DNA of 64,000 bases, taken from contig OX597819.1 in NCBI GenBank assembly GCA_951406725.2, positions 4,836,001 to 4,900,000 on the forward strand, given 5' to 3'. The notes under the pieces were generated by a model. The model saw only the letters and a list, made by a program, of their open reading frames with translations, was not told the DNA's origin and did not search any database. This stretch comes from Octopus vulgaris. Lineage: Eukaryota. The translations under genes were made by a program, and so were the position numbers. Below are positions 35,721 through 48,159 of the stretch, in pieces (within the stretch, counting starts at the first letter, position 1; each line of letters opens with the position of its first letter).

Positions 35721-36955
35721 CTTTTTTAATGCTGACATATAGTTCTGGCATGGTCGATGCCAGTACCGCCTGACTGTCTTCTGTGCTGGCAGCACATAAA
35801 AAGCACCATTCGAGTGTGGTCATTGCCAGTGCTGCCTGACCTACCTTTCAATGTGCCTACATTGATAGTGTCAACTCTGAGGAAATGAATGGAGAGAGTG
35901 GGATTCAGCATCTGAAAAAAAAAGGTTCTAATGAGCATTGGCCAATAGACATATAAAAATTGTCCTTTACTCTGCCATCATTCGTGTTATACTTGCTCCT
36001 GCCACTGAAAGTGGGTGCTATAAACGAATTGATAAATAAAAGTTAATTCATTACAGATAGATAAAATAGCTAACTGCTTAATTAATTAACTAAATTATAA
36101 CTACTGCACAATCATGTTTTGGTACGAAGTAACAAGCTACCACCAGTGGCATAAATGTTGAGCATTACACAAGGTGTTACAAATTAAATACTTAGCAATG
36201 GACTAAAATGAAATTATTTGCAAGAACTCCCCAAACAAATGTATGGCCTCATGCTAATGTAAATAAATACATTTATGAATTCCAATCTATTTTTTATTTC
36301 TTTACAATTTTCACTCATATTTGAAATAGCTAATAAATGTTGAGTAGATAAGGTGTTAGACCACATTCTCATAGATTAAGAGTTCAAATCGGCCAGTATA
36401 TTGTTCCTGAGATGAAAATTTTAACATATGATGGAAATAGATGGTAGATCACATGAGAATCTTTAATATTGTCCTCTCCAGGAGGAAATTCAAGTTTCGT
36501 CTACTTAATCTTATGAAACTGGAACTAGCCTGATATTTACAAACCAAACAAATAATAATTGAATTAAAATATATACATGTGTTAACTGCACAAAATTATT
36601 ACCATGAATGAATTATTCAAAAATTATGTGAAAATTGTTTTAACATTGAATATCGAGAAAATCAACCAGAAGCATGATTAAGGGATTTTAGATTTTATTA
36701 ATTAATGAACAAAACTAATGACATTTCTTATTTTTAACAAATTATTGTAATATGGCTTAATCTGAGAATTTGGAGGTAGTTTCCATAACATTTTCAATAC
36801 TTCACAAAATATGAGGAAGTGGAGATAATATGATTAATACTTGCATTCTTGAAGGTTAGGACATGGATAAAGCAGATACCAAGGACGTTCCACAGAGGTG
36901 CAGTTGTGACAAAGAATTAAAAAGAAATATATTGTGAGAAGGAAAAATATCTTAA

Positions 36956-37166
36956 CCCTTTAGCATTCAGATTATTCTGTCAAATATAATGCTTATTTAT
37001 TCACATTGCTCTGAATTAATCATGCATTATCTCATAGCTCTGAGATTTAAAGGATGTGATTGTTTAATTTTAGAATGACATTGCAGGGTAGTTGTGACAG
37101 GCCTGATCTGGTCAGTTTGAGCACAAAATATTTGGGCCTGATATGTCCAGTTTAGATGCTAATGGG
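36956..37166. mobile_element. piggyBac-type MITE abutting the vanin stop codon
   Basis: TTAA|CCCTTTAGCATT...ATGCTAATGGG|CTAA: CCC/GGG termini with a TTAA-type TSD (right copy has one mismatch). Confidence 0.75.
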
Positions 37167-38534
37167 CTAAACAAGTAGTTCCTTTGATATTAAATTTAAC
37201 AAGATTACTGAAGTGATTGGAAATACTGTAAATGGAGCTGATGAGGCAATAGGATATAATCTTCCAAATATTATAGCAGTAAAAACTTTTTCAATTGGTT
37301 TTGTATTTTCTATTTCTCCTCTGTCATGTTTCCAAGATGTATTAATATCGTAAGATTTTGAATTAAAAGTCGCAATGTGGGGAAATAAATAAGGAGTATT
37401 AAAATTATGAGCTGTCATCTTTAATTTGCGAAAGCTAACATCTCCCTTGGGAATATCAGCTGGCAAAGTCATCAAACATGATATTTTTTCATCATAGATT
37501 GGACATAAAAGACATGATTGCATTTCTTTGCCTTCTGGATTAGTCAGATCTACATCTTTCTTATTACTTATTGCTAAAATGTAGTTGATTTTAAATTTTA
37601 AAGTTCTATTAGACATGAATTCGTACTCAAGAGAACAACATACCTTATAATTACACACACTAACAATGCCTGAATCGTTCTGAAGTATCACTGCAGATAC
37701 AGGGAAAACGTTTGTCATAAGAGCTGTTTTAACGACAGAGTTGTCTGATGTGGGAACTTTACGTTTTAGAGGCCAAAGGAATTTTCTTTCTGACTCTTCA
37801 ATATTTTTAATCCGTAACTGAATATATCCGTCTGAAGGAATAGAATTAAAGGGTTTATAACTATAAAGACTTTCATCAGGTGTATAAATACCACTTCCAC
37901 CCGATACAATATCTGGGAACATAGCTATTTTGACATTTGCAGAAATAAGGTTTATCTTGAAAGCTTTGGCAATTGAATTGTGGAATAAAGATGATAAAAA
38001 GAAAGGAGGAACATGTAACCATAGATTTGGAAAAAGAATATTTGAAACTTTATGTTTTTCTATTAAATTATTTAGTGTGTCATTGAAGAGTATATCGTAA
38101 GATACGATGCTTGCAAAACGACCAAATGGGGTATCAAATACTGCATATTCTGCAGCCTTGGGAGCATTGTAATAAGGCTCATCAGAAAGATGTTTCTTGT
38201 GATATTTAGAAACAAGAGCACCCTCTGATGAATAAACAACATTAGTGTTGTGTTGGTAATGTCCATCCGAAGGGCAGCTTGAATCTTCCATGTGATTGCA
38301 GAGTTGCATGTCTCCGACATTGACTACAAGATAAATGTTGTTATCTTTGGCAATGCAGCTAATAGTTTTCTGAATTTCTGTTCTTGGATAGAGATTAGGT
38401 TTATCACATGGAATCCATGGTTTCACTTTATTAGGCTGTGGTATAATGTCAAGAAAGTTCTCAATATCAGTACGAGAATAATTTCTCAAATGTGCAATAA
38501 GGCCGTTTTCAGGAAATACCAAAATATCCACACC
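37167..38534 (-). CDS. VNN1-like: Vanin/pantetheinase/biotinidase-like protein, coding exon 2 (CN-hydrolase and Vanin_C domains, GPI-type tail)
   Basis: Acceptor TTTCAG|GGT; GVDILVFPENG, WIPC, SCIAKDNNIYLVVN, CPSDGHYQHNTNVVY, KYHKKHL, FDTPFGRF..IVSYDILF, GSGIYTP, CNYKVCCSLEY and FGRLY, followed by a hydrophobic C-terminus; 455 open codons. Confidence 0.93.
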   Translation of the reverse strand, partial: GVDILVFPENGLIAHLRNYSRTDIENFLDIIPQPNKVKPWIPCDKPNLYPRTEIQKTISCIAKDNNIYLVVNVGDMQLCNHMEDSSCPSDGHYQHNTNVVYSSEGALVSKYHKKHLSDEPYYNAPKAAEYAVFDTPFGRFASIVSYDILFNDTLNNLIEKHKVSNILFPNLWLHVPPFFLSSLFHNSIAKAFKINLISANVKIAMFPDIVSGGSGIYTPDESLYSYKPFNSIPSDGYIQLRIKNIEESERKFLWPLKRKVPTSDNSVVKTALMTNVFPVSAVILQNDSGIVSVCNYKVCCSLEYEFMSNRTLKFKINYILAISNKKDVDLTNPEGKEMQSCLLCPIYDEKISCLMTLPADIPKGDVSFRKLKMTAHNFNTPYLFPHIATFNSKSYDINTSWKHDRGEIENTKPIEKVFTAIIFGRLYPIASSAPFTVFPITSVILLNLISKELLV

Positions 38535-39507
38535 CTGAAAATATAAATATAATATATTTGTTAATAGCAAACACACTATGTATACGTACACACACACACA
38601 CACACACTTTATCATCATCATTTAATGTTCATTTTCTATGTTGGACAGTTTGACAGGAGTTGGATAACCAGAAGACTGCACCAGGTTTCACTGTCTGTTT
38701 TGTTATGGTTTTTACAGCTGGATGCCCTTCCTAATGCCAACCACCTTACAGAGTGGATTGAGTGCTTTTTACATGGTACCACTACTGGCAAGGTCTGTTT
38801 TGGCATGGGTTTTACAAGTAAATACCCTTCCAAATGCCAACCACTTTATAGTGTGGACTGGATGCTTTTTACATGGCATCAACACTGGCTGGGTCACCAA
38901 GTAACTCACAAGACAAAGATCCGTTGAGAGGTGGGGTATTGGTGGAGGTGGCCTTGTGCCAGGTGATGAGAGGTTACAATGTGACAGAGGGCCAGAAATA
39001 GGTGTCTTGCTGTACGGGAGATACATAGTTATCCAGTCAGAGAGAGAAAGCAAAGGAATGATCAAGAATGAAAGGAAGTTGGCAAGAGAGAGATGGTGGT
39101 GATGTGCCAGGGCAGACCCTAAAGGTACAGGGATCAGAATATAAATGAGATGGTAGAGTATTACTAAGGGTGAATTCATATGAATGCACACAACAGGGGT
39201 AAATGCAGTGACTGGTGAAACCTGGGTATATAGAGGATGGGGACACAACAGGATAGCTATGATACTGTGGGGATAGGATTTGGGAGCAAGAGATGAGCAT
39301 AGTGCATGAAAATGAGGAAGAGAAGATGAAGTTTGATTTAGAGGGAAAAGTTTTATTGTTAAATGTGGGTGGAACATACAGCACTTCCAGAACAGAGTCT
39401 CTCTGAAGTAAGAGGGAGCTTCTCAAGAACCTCGTATCACCAGACATCTCAGTTCATTGTCATTGCCTCCATGAAGCCCAACACCTTGATATATATGTAT
39501 GTATATA

Positions 39508-39547
<40 letters not shown>

Positions 39548-39600
39548 TATATGTATGTGTATATATATATATATGTATGTGTGTATATATATGTATATAT

Positions 39601-40110
39601 ATACGGATCCTTGGCATCTCCCGGAAGGACCGAGTACCAAACGGAGTCATCCTAGAACAGACTAATATGCCAAGCATGCATGCCCTCCTCGTGCGGAGAC
39701 GACTGCGCTGGCTCGGACACGTCTGCCGCATGCCTAAAGACATCCTGTACAGCGAACTCACCACGGGATCCCAACCCAAGGGACGTCCACAGCTACGATA
39801 CAGGGATGTGTGCAAGCGCGACCTGAGGACTGCCAACATCTGTGTGGACACATGGGAGGTAACAGCTGCTGACCGCTCCGCCTGGCGTCGGACAGTGAGG
39901 AAAGGAGAGCACAGCTGTGGTCGGACAGGCGGGACAGGAGGAGGACAACTGCAGCAACACCCCACACGTACCTATCAATGTTCGTGTGCAGCAACTGTAC
40001 CAGGGACTGCCACTCTAGAATTGGACTGTTCAGTCACAGCAGACGCTGCTCATCATCAAAGTAGGCCCCACCCTTGGCGCGACCCATTGTCTATCAAGAC
40101 AGACGGGAGA
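39601..40110 (+). mobile_element. RTE LINE 3' end
   Basis: [13 protein letters not shown]...[21 protein letters not shown]...[15 protein letters not shown]. Confidence 0.88.
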
Positions 40111-40417
40111 AGAGAGAGAGACAGAGAGATATATATATATATGTATATACCTTCTCTCTCTTTCGGAGAGGCACAAGCACCTACACGCACATGTACATAC
40201 ACGGCAGTAACTTCCGCCTGCCGAATTCAATCACAAAGCTTCGGTCGGCTCGGGGCTATTGCGGAAGACACCTACCCAAAGTGCCACGCAGTGGGACTGA
40301 ACCCGAAACCATGTAACTAGGAAGCAAGCTCCCTAACCACACAGCCATGCCCGCAATACATATATATGTATACATATATATATATATTTAATTTATATAT
40401 ATGTATATATATATTTA

Positions 40418-40458
<41 letters not shown>

Positions 40459-40510
40459 ATTTATATATATATACATATATATATATTTAATTTATATATA
40501 TGTATATATA

Positions 40511-40990
40511 TTGGGGTCGACTAGAAAAGCTAAAACTCTATTCTCTCCAACGTCGTCGTGAGCGCTACATCATCTGCATGATGTGGAAAATATTCCATCA
40601 GCATTGCCCAAATGATGTTGGCATCACCTTCAAGGTACATCCAAGGCTTGGGCCCCGTGCCATCCGCCCAAAACAAAAATCGCACTCTCATCTCATAACA
40701 ACAATACGGCACAATTATTTCACCTCAATTGGCCCTGCTCTCTTTAACATTACACCAAAACACATTAAAACAGAAACTGACCCTATAGGGTTCAAGAAGT
40801 CTTTGGACAGATTCCTTCAAGAAATCCCGGATAAACCCCCTACACCCGGATATGTCTCTGTAAACAATAACTCTCTACTTGAGTGGGCCATAGTGCCCAA
40901 ATTCTGACTTGAAAGACTTCACCAGGTGGTGCTATTAAGTTAGACATGGCCTGGGCCAATAATGGCCGAAACCTATCAAAGTATCAAAGT
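40511..40990 (+). mobile_element. CR1/L2-type LINE 3' end with an (AAGTATC)n tail
   Basis: YWGRLEKLKLYSLQRRRERYIICMMWKI...GPALFN..PK...FKKSLDRFLQEIPD. Confidence 0.85.
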
Positions 40991-41053
40991 ATATATATAC
41001 ATATATATATATATTTAATTTATATACATATATATATATTTAATTTTTATATA

Positions 41054-41117
<64 letters not shown>

Positions 41118-41145
41118 CTATATATTATATATATATATATATATA

Positions 41146-41596
41146 TCCAACGTCGTCGTGAGCGCTACATCATCTGCATGATGTGGAAAATATTCCATCA
41201 GCATTGCCCAAATGATGTTGGCATCACCTTCAAGGTACATCCAAGGCTTGGGCCCCGTGCCATCCGCCCAAAACAAAAATCGCACTCTCATCTCATAACA
41301 ACAATACGGCACAATTATTTCACCTCAATTGGCCCTGCTCTCTTTAACATTACACCAAAACACATTAAAACAGAAACTGACCCTATAGGGTTCAAGAAGT
41401 CTTTGGACAGATTCCTTCAAGAAATCCCGGATAAACCCCTACACCCGGATATGTCTCTGTAAACAATAACTCTCTACTTGAGTGGGCCATAGTGCCCAAA
41501 TTCTGACTTGAAAGACTTCACCAGGTGGTGCTATTAAGTTAGACATGGCCTGGGCCAATAATGGCCGAAACCTATCAAAGTATCAAAGTATCAAAG

Positions 41597-41597
<1 letters not shown>
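41146..41597 (+). mobile_element. Second, near-identical copy of the CR1/L2 3' end
   Basis: Matches 40546-40990 except for one C in a homopolymer and an extra tail unit. Confidence 0.85.
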
Positions 41598-41852
<255 letters not shown>

Positions 41853-42636
41853 ATCTATGTAAACTAAGTATCAAGGTATCGGTCGAAAGTGAGCTTCATT
41901 AGTGGTTTATTGGGGTGGAAGGTTGTGAATTTTTCCCATATTGAAGTATGCTAAGCTGAAAATTATTTTATATTTCATGGTTGTCAGCCAGGGTTGCCAA
42001 GGTGTGTAAATAAAAATACAAGAGTTAAGGAATGGAGTAGATAAAATCCAGGCTACATATGTTTCGTAGCAAGTAGAACCTTGGAAGTGGCAAATATCCA
42101 AGCAAAGTGTATACCACAAGTTACGCTTCATGCCAAAGATATCTTGATTAAATGAAGTTTACTTTGTCGTTAGGAGGACCATGTTAACACATAATATAAT
42201 ATATTACACACACTCACACACACATATATACAGACAGATAATATGAATATTTCAAAAGCAACTTTTATATAAATTGATGTTTGATTTAAATCACTAGCAT
42301 TGAGACCATTGAAGAGAATGTATAATTTTTGCAAACTTAATGCCTATGCTTAGCAAAATCCATCACTGTGAATGAAGCCTTTCAAGAAAGCTACTCAAGC
42401 ATTCGGTAGACCTATATTTTGTCTACTAAATAAAGTGAATAACCTCTCAATTTATTTGCTATATCATCATAGAGAGATTAGTGACACAAATATTAAAACA
42501 AGCAATTTTTTTTAATGCTTAATCCTTTTAGATTTTACACTTACAAAAGCTTAAATCAACTGTGGCTTGGTACAAGAAAGATAATACTGTGAAACAAAAT
42601 TTCAATTTTTTTTTTGCTTTTAGTCAGTAAGTCTAG

Positions 42637-43012
42637 GAGCATGAGTGGCTGTGTGGTAAGTAGCTTGCTTACCAACCACATGGTTCCGGGCTCAGTCCCA
42701 CTGCATGGCACCTTGGGCAAGTGTCTTCTACTATAGCCTTGTGAATGGATTTGGTAGACAGAAACTGAAAGAAGCCCGTCATATATATGTATATATATGT
42801 GTGAGTGTTTGTGTGTCTGTGTTTGTCCCCCACAACATCACTTGACAACTGATGCTGGTGTGTTTACATCCCCGTAACTTAGCGGTTCAGCAAAAGAGAC
42901 TGATAGAATAAGTACTAGGCTTACAAGGAATAAGTTCTGGGGTCAATTTTCTCGACTAAGGGCGGTGCTCCAGCATGGCCACAGTCAAATGACTGAAACA
43001 AGTAAAAGAGTA
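42637..43012 (+). mobile_element. tRNA-derived SINE (family A)
   Basis: Homologous to the other family A copies. Confidence 0.85.
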
Positions 43013-43350
43013 AGTATTATTTCCAATTTGCGTCTATCTAGAAATCAAAGGAAATGATTACTACTCCCTTCAAATCTTAGCTTTTGTAACCTGGACATCA
43101 ATGTTACATTTCAGACAGATTCAGCACTGAGCTGCTGAAGCAGAAATATCATTATAGCAAATATTCTGCTGAAAACCACAGATTTGCTTGTCAGTTGCTT
43201 GACCTTAACCACCTGAACATGTCTCTTAGTGGCTACCAATATATGCATCTCTGATCATGAGCAGGAGTAGTGGGGGAGCACCATAGCTATGTGTTGAAAG
43301 GGATTCTTTGGGGTTTGAATAAATGTAAGAAAAGCAAAGTTTGAAGGAAA

Positions 43351-43717
43351 TCTCTCTATATATAAACGACAAAATGTCTGTGTGTGTGTGTCCTTTATAC
43401 AAATCCACAATTTTTCAGTTAGAGAGCTTGCACTTTCTATGGTCATTCAAAACCCTCCAAGGGTGGTCGTGCACATCTTTGCATTTCCCCAGTCATCCCG
43501 CAAAGCCATTAAAAAAATCAATAGAAGTTACTTTTTTGTGAATTTTCTATCCAAAACCCAATCAAAATGCCCGAAACTTGATACGCCAATTGAATGCCAG
43601 CTAGCTGTATGTGATTGGTTGGAGATTTGGACAGTACTTGTGTGTATGTGTGCACGCATGCAGCTGTATATGCATGCACAAGCACTATGACCCGGCATTG
43701 CCAGGTCATAGTGCTAG
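43351..43717 (+). mobile_element. Non-autonomous Helitron (family H2)
   Basis: A|TCTCTCTATATATAAA start; 3' hairpin CTATGACC...GGTCATAG followed by TGCTAG|T. Confidence 0.8.
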
Positions 43718-44410
43718 TATTAGCCATTTTTCATACTTTCTAGGAGTAAGGAAATAGGAAATGACAGTTGTTACCCAAGGACAAAAATCATGTTACACAT
43801 TGTAATATATGCACTCACAAAAGAAAATTGTTCCTTTTAACTTGGCTCAAGGATAAAGTATAGTCAATAAAATCAATGCCAGAATATCGCTGGAACTTAT
43901 TTTAGCAACTGCAGCCAAGTCAATTCCAGCAGGAATTAATAATGTGAATGGATAAATTTAACAGTAAGTTAAATGCTTTGCAATTTCACTGCCACATCTG
44001 GCTGAAGGTATTTGTCAGTCCTCCAGGATTGCAGCAATTCATACCAGTTATATACAAGGTTCAAGTCGAAATACAGACCTCTTTCTAACTAATGCTGAAG
44101 CCAGATATTAAAATTAAGGATTTTTTTTTTCTCTGTACTGAGAAAATGTTTTTTGTTGTTGATTGTGAATCTAAGTACCTTATTGAACAAAAGAGCTTCT
44201 GCATAGTCATACAACATGCTAGAAACGGCAGTCAGATTTCAAGCAAATCACTATTTACTGACTTACAAATGAAAGGAGACATTAGCCAATGTAGTTGTAG
44301 ACAAATAAGAGGATCCTCATGCTTTTGATGATGGATTTGTATGATCAGTGCCAAACAATGACTTGTGGAGCAACAGTTTAGCCAACAAGTGATATAAAAA
44401 GAAACAGATA

Positions 44411-44790
44411 GGCGCAGGAGTGGCTGTGTAGTAAGTAGCTTGCTAACCAACCACATGGTTCCGTGGCATCTTGGGCAAGTGTCTTCTGTTATAGCCCCAG
44501 GCCGACCAATGCCTTGTGAGTGGATTTGGTAGACGGAAACTGAAAGAAGCCTGTCGTATATATGTATATATATATAAGTGTGTGTTTGTGTGTCTGTGTT
44601 TGTTCCCCTAGCATTGCTTGACAACCGATGCTGGTGTGTTTATGTCACCATCACTTAGCGGTTTGGCAAAAAGAGACCGATAGAATAAGTACTGGGCTTA
44701 CAAAGAATAAGTCCCGGGGTCGATTTGCTCGACTAAAGGCGGTGCTCCAGCATGGCCGCAGTCAAATGAGTGAAACAAGTAAAAGAGAGA
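44411..44790 (+). mobile_element. tRNA-derived SINE (family A)
   Basis: GGCGCAGGAGTGGCTGTG head and family tail. Confidence 0.85.
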
Positions 44791-45949
44791 AAGAGAGATA
44801 TAACTGAGTCTCTCAGGAAATTCAATAAAGTTCAGAGAAGCTTTGGTAACATGTCAGTCTAACCAAGTTGTCTGTTGTTAAGTTCATATCTTGATCTGTT
44901 GTGTTCTTCCCAGGTTGTTATATGTATGTATACACACTTATATATCTATATATGCATATGTGTGTATAGTGGGGAGTGCCCCCCCCCCGCTTGTCATGCA
45001 GGAAAATGGGGCCTGGTTACCTTCTGGGAAGGCAATATACATATGTGTGTGTGTGTGCACATGCATGTGTGTATGTGTATGTATGTATACCTTTTTTACT
45101 TTCTAATATTTTACTTTGTGGCAAGTCATAAAATGTGGCAATATGACTTAATGGTCGTTTGCCCAAACGAGCATAATTGTTGGTAATCCCATTGGTTAAA
45201 ATTATTGTCCATGTTTGAATTCTAAACTTTCGTCAAAGAGAATTCTTTCACAAAATATGGTTCTTAGAATTCAGGTATGAGCAGTTATAAAAAAACTGAT
45301 TTTGGGAAAATTAATCAGTGTTCGTAGAATGTTGCTAAACTCCACGAGACTCTCTCCTTGAGATATTGGCTATTTTTTATCCCATGTCTATGATAAAAAT
45401 CCAACAAGACTTATCTGAATTGTTGTGAACTCTAGTAGTTAGTAAGAAAGATTAGCTAGTGTGACTTTTAAGTTGTAATTCTCTACAACAAAATGACTTT
45501 ACTTTCCAACTGTACTATAAATGTTAAATGTACATAAATAAAGTAATGTAGTAATTATTTTCTCTTTCTTCATGTGCTTTTTCCTTCAACTTTTAATATC
45601 AAATATTTCTGTTAATCAAATTTTGTGTAATGAAACTGTCATCTATTTTCTATTGAAAATTTTATACATTTTTCACAAGTGTCTATACTTTTATGATGTG
45701 GTGGTTTATCTATGAGATCACATCAGGAGGTCACCACTTTTTATAGCGGCGTTTTGTTACTGTTTGTGTAACACTACTTTTATTTGGAAATAGATAAATA
45801 TATTTTACTTTTGAAGTAGGAATATATATTGATAAATACGTCACTTATAGCTTACTTATAAGTGTTATCATTATACATAAATCCTGACTCCAGCTACATA
45901 AACGCCATAGCGAGAAATATATATACTCTGAAACGCTAACAGTCAAGGA

Positions 45950-46655
45950 GGATCTCACTGAACTTTGCCCAGCCTATTCTTATTCTAGCAGCAATGCTCT
46001 TAGACCATCCACTTCCACTACTGACTTGGTCACCTAGGTAATGGAAGCTGTCAAGTATTATTTTTTCCTGCTGGAATTTGATGGAGCCTGGAGTCTATTT
46101 TCTGTACATTTTTAGTGTTAATTGTACTTGTGTACATTCTACACACAAAAACTATTTTCCCTGTTAACTTTCCTCTGATATTGCTGCACTTCTTATGTTT
46201 CCATTGGGTACATCTTATGGTGTTACTACCTACACCTTTTCTATAAGTCGAGCAGGGTCATCAACCTAAGAGATTTGTGACTTATCTGCTCACTTACTTA
46301 CTAAGACTTTGTTTTTTGCTAGATTAACTCTAAGGCCCTTTGATTCTAGACCTTGCTTCTCTAGTTCTGGAACTGATTCTGGCTATAGAACAAGGTCATC
46401 AGCATAGAGGAGTTCCCAGGGGCAGCCTGTCTTAAATTTCTCTGTTATTGCCTGGAGAACTATGATGAATAAGAGGGGGCTGAGGACTGATCCTTCATGA
46501 ACCCCTACTTGCACCCTGAATTCCTTGCTATACTTGTTGCTAACCTTCACCTTACTGACAACATCCCTGTACATGGCTTGTACAGGCCTCACCAACCACT
46601 CATCTATCCCTAGCTTTCGCATTGACCACCAAATAAGGGATCAGGGGACTCTATC
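45950..46655 (-). mobile_element. RTE LINE RT fragment
   Basis: MRKLGIDEWLVR...VGVHEGSVLSPLLFIIVL...ELLYADDLVL. Confidence 0.85.
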
Positions 46656-46758
46656 ATACACACACACATATATATATAGGGGTAGGAGTGGCTCCTAGGG
46701 ACTCAGTAGTGGAAGTGGCTCCAGGGGACTCTATCATACACACACATATATATATATA

Positions 46759-47050
46759 GGGGTAGGAGTGGCTGTGTGGTAAGTAGTTTGCTTACGAACC
46801 ACATGGTTCCAGGTTCAGTCCCACTGGGTGGCACCTTGGGCAAATGTCTTCTACTATAGCCTCGGGTTGACCAAAACCTTGTGAGTGTTTGTGTGTCTGT
46901 GTTTGTCCCCCCAACACCCAACATCGCTTGACAACCGATGCTGGTGTGTTTACGTCCCCCATAACTCAGCAGTTCGGCAAAAGACACCGATAGAATAAGT
47001 CTTGGGGTCGATTTGCTCAACTAAAGGCAGTACTCCAGCATGGCCACAGA
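46759..47050 (+). mobile_element. SINE family A, internally deleted
   Basis: Family head and body present; preceded by a ~50-bp local duplication (46643-46693 and 46722-46773). Confidence 0.75.
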
Positions 47051-48159
47051 TAATGACTGTGTACATACACATGCATGTGTGTATCCCTACTACTGTATCA
47101 ACCAGAGACTATCAGATGTGGTCACAATGTGCTTCTTCACGTTGTTATAGGTTTTCAATGATGCCACCCTTAGCATTTTCCCTGAATGAAACACTAGTCT
47201 GTCACTATTTACAGCTGAATGGACAGGAGCATGGGAAATGACATGTTTTGCTCAAGAACACAACACATAGATCTTTTACCTTTTTTTTTTTACTTGTTTC
47301 AGTTATTAGACTGCAGCCATGCCAGGGCACCACCTTCAATTTTTGATCAAATGAATCAATCCCAGGCCTTACTGTTTTTATTTTTTAAGCTTGCTATTAT
47401 TCTATCAGTATATAAACAGACCTACACCGGTTGTCAAGTGAACGGGTGGAGTCAAACACACACACACACACACAATGAGCTTCTTTTGGTTCCTGTCTAC
47501 TAAATCCACTCAGAAGAGTAAAGAGTTTTGAAATTCCTCCACCTTTCCTCATTTTTCACCTTTTTTCTCTAACCCTATCCGTAACCCTAAAACCCTAACC
47601 CTAACCCTAAAACTCTAACCCTAACTCCAAAAAGTTTTGGAAATTTTTTTCATAATCTTAATCTCTGTATTTTTCAGCATACTTTGAAAAAAAAAATTTC
47701 TGAAATAAGTTAAAAATGAAGAAATTAGGGGTGGGGAATTTCAAAATGCTGATTTTTGCCAGTCTTTTTGCAGATTCGTATTCTCTGTAGCAGAAAACAG
47801 GGGTCTGTGTAGAAAAAATAAATAAATAAAAAGGGATGTTTTGGGGATGGTGCAAAAGGAAGTCTTGCCAATTTCTTCATTTGTAGAAATTAGCCCGTCA
47901 TTAACAAATCTGATGTAGCAGAACGTTGATTAAGTGCAATCCACCCACGCCTACAACACCTTTCTCAAATATAGTATATTTCTCATTACACTGTGTATTA
48001 TAGAACATATCTGTAGATCTGTTACTCAACAACGTGTGTTAAAGATGAAAGTAAACAATATGTCTTTGTACAAAATATATTCGCACACAACAAAAGAGGG
48101 AGGAGCTATACACACACACACATACATGCATGCACGTACATACATTCATACCATATATA

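Noticed and set aside
38535-38621. ORF-track N-terminus MMMIKCVCVCV... of the vanin ORF
   Set aside because: It is intronic microsatellite upstream of a clear acceptor; the real N-terminus is at 51544-51344.
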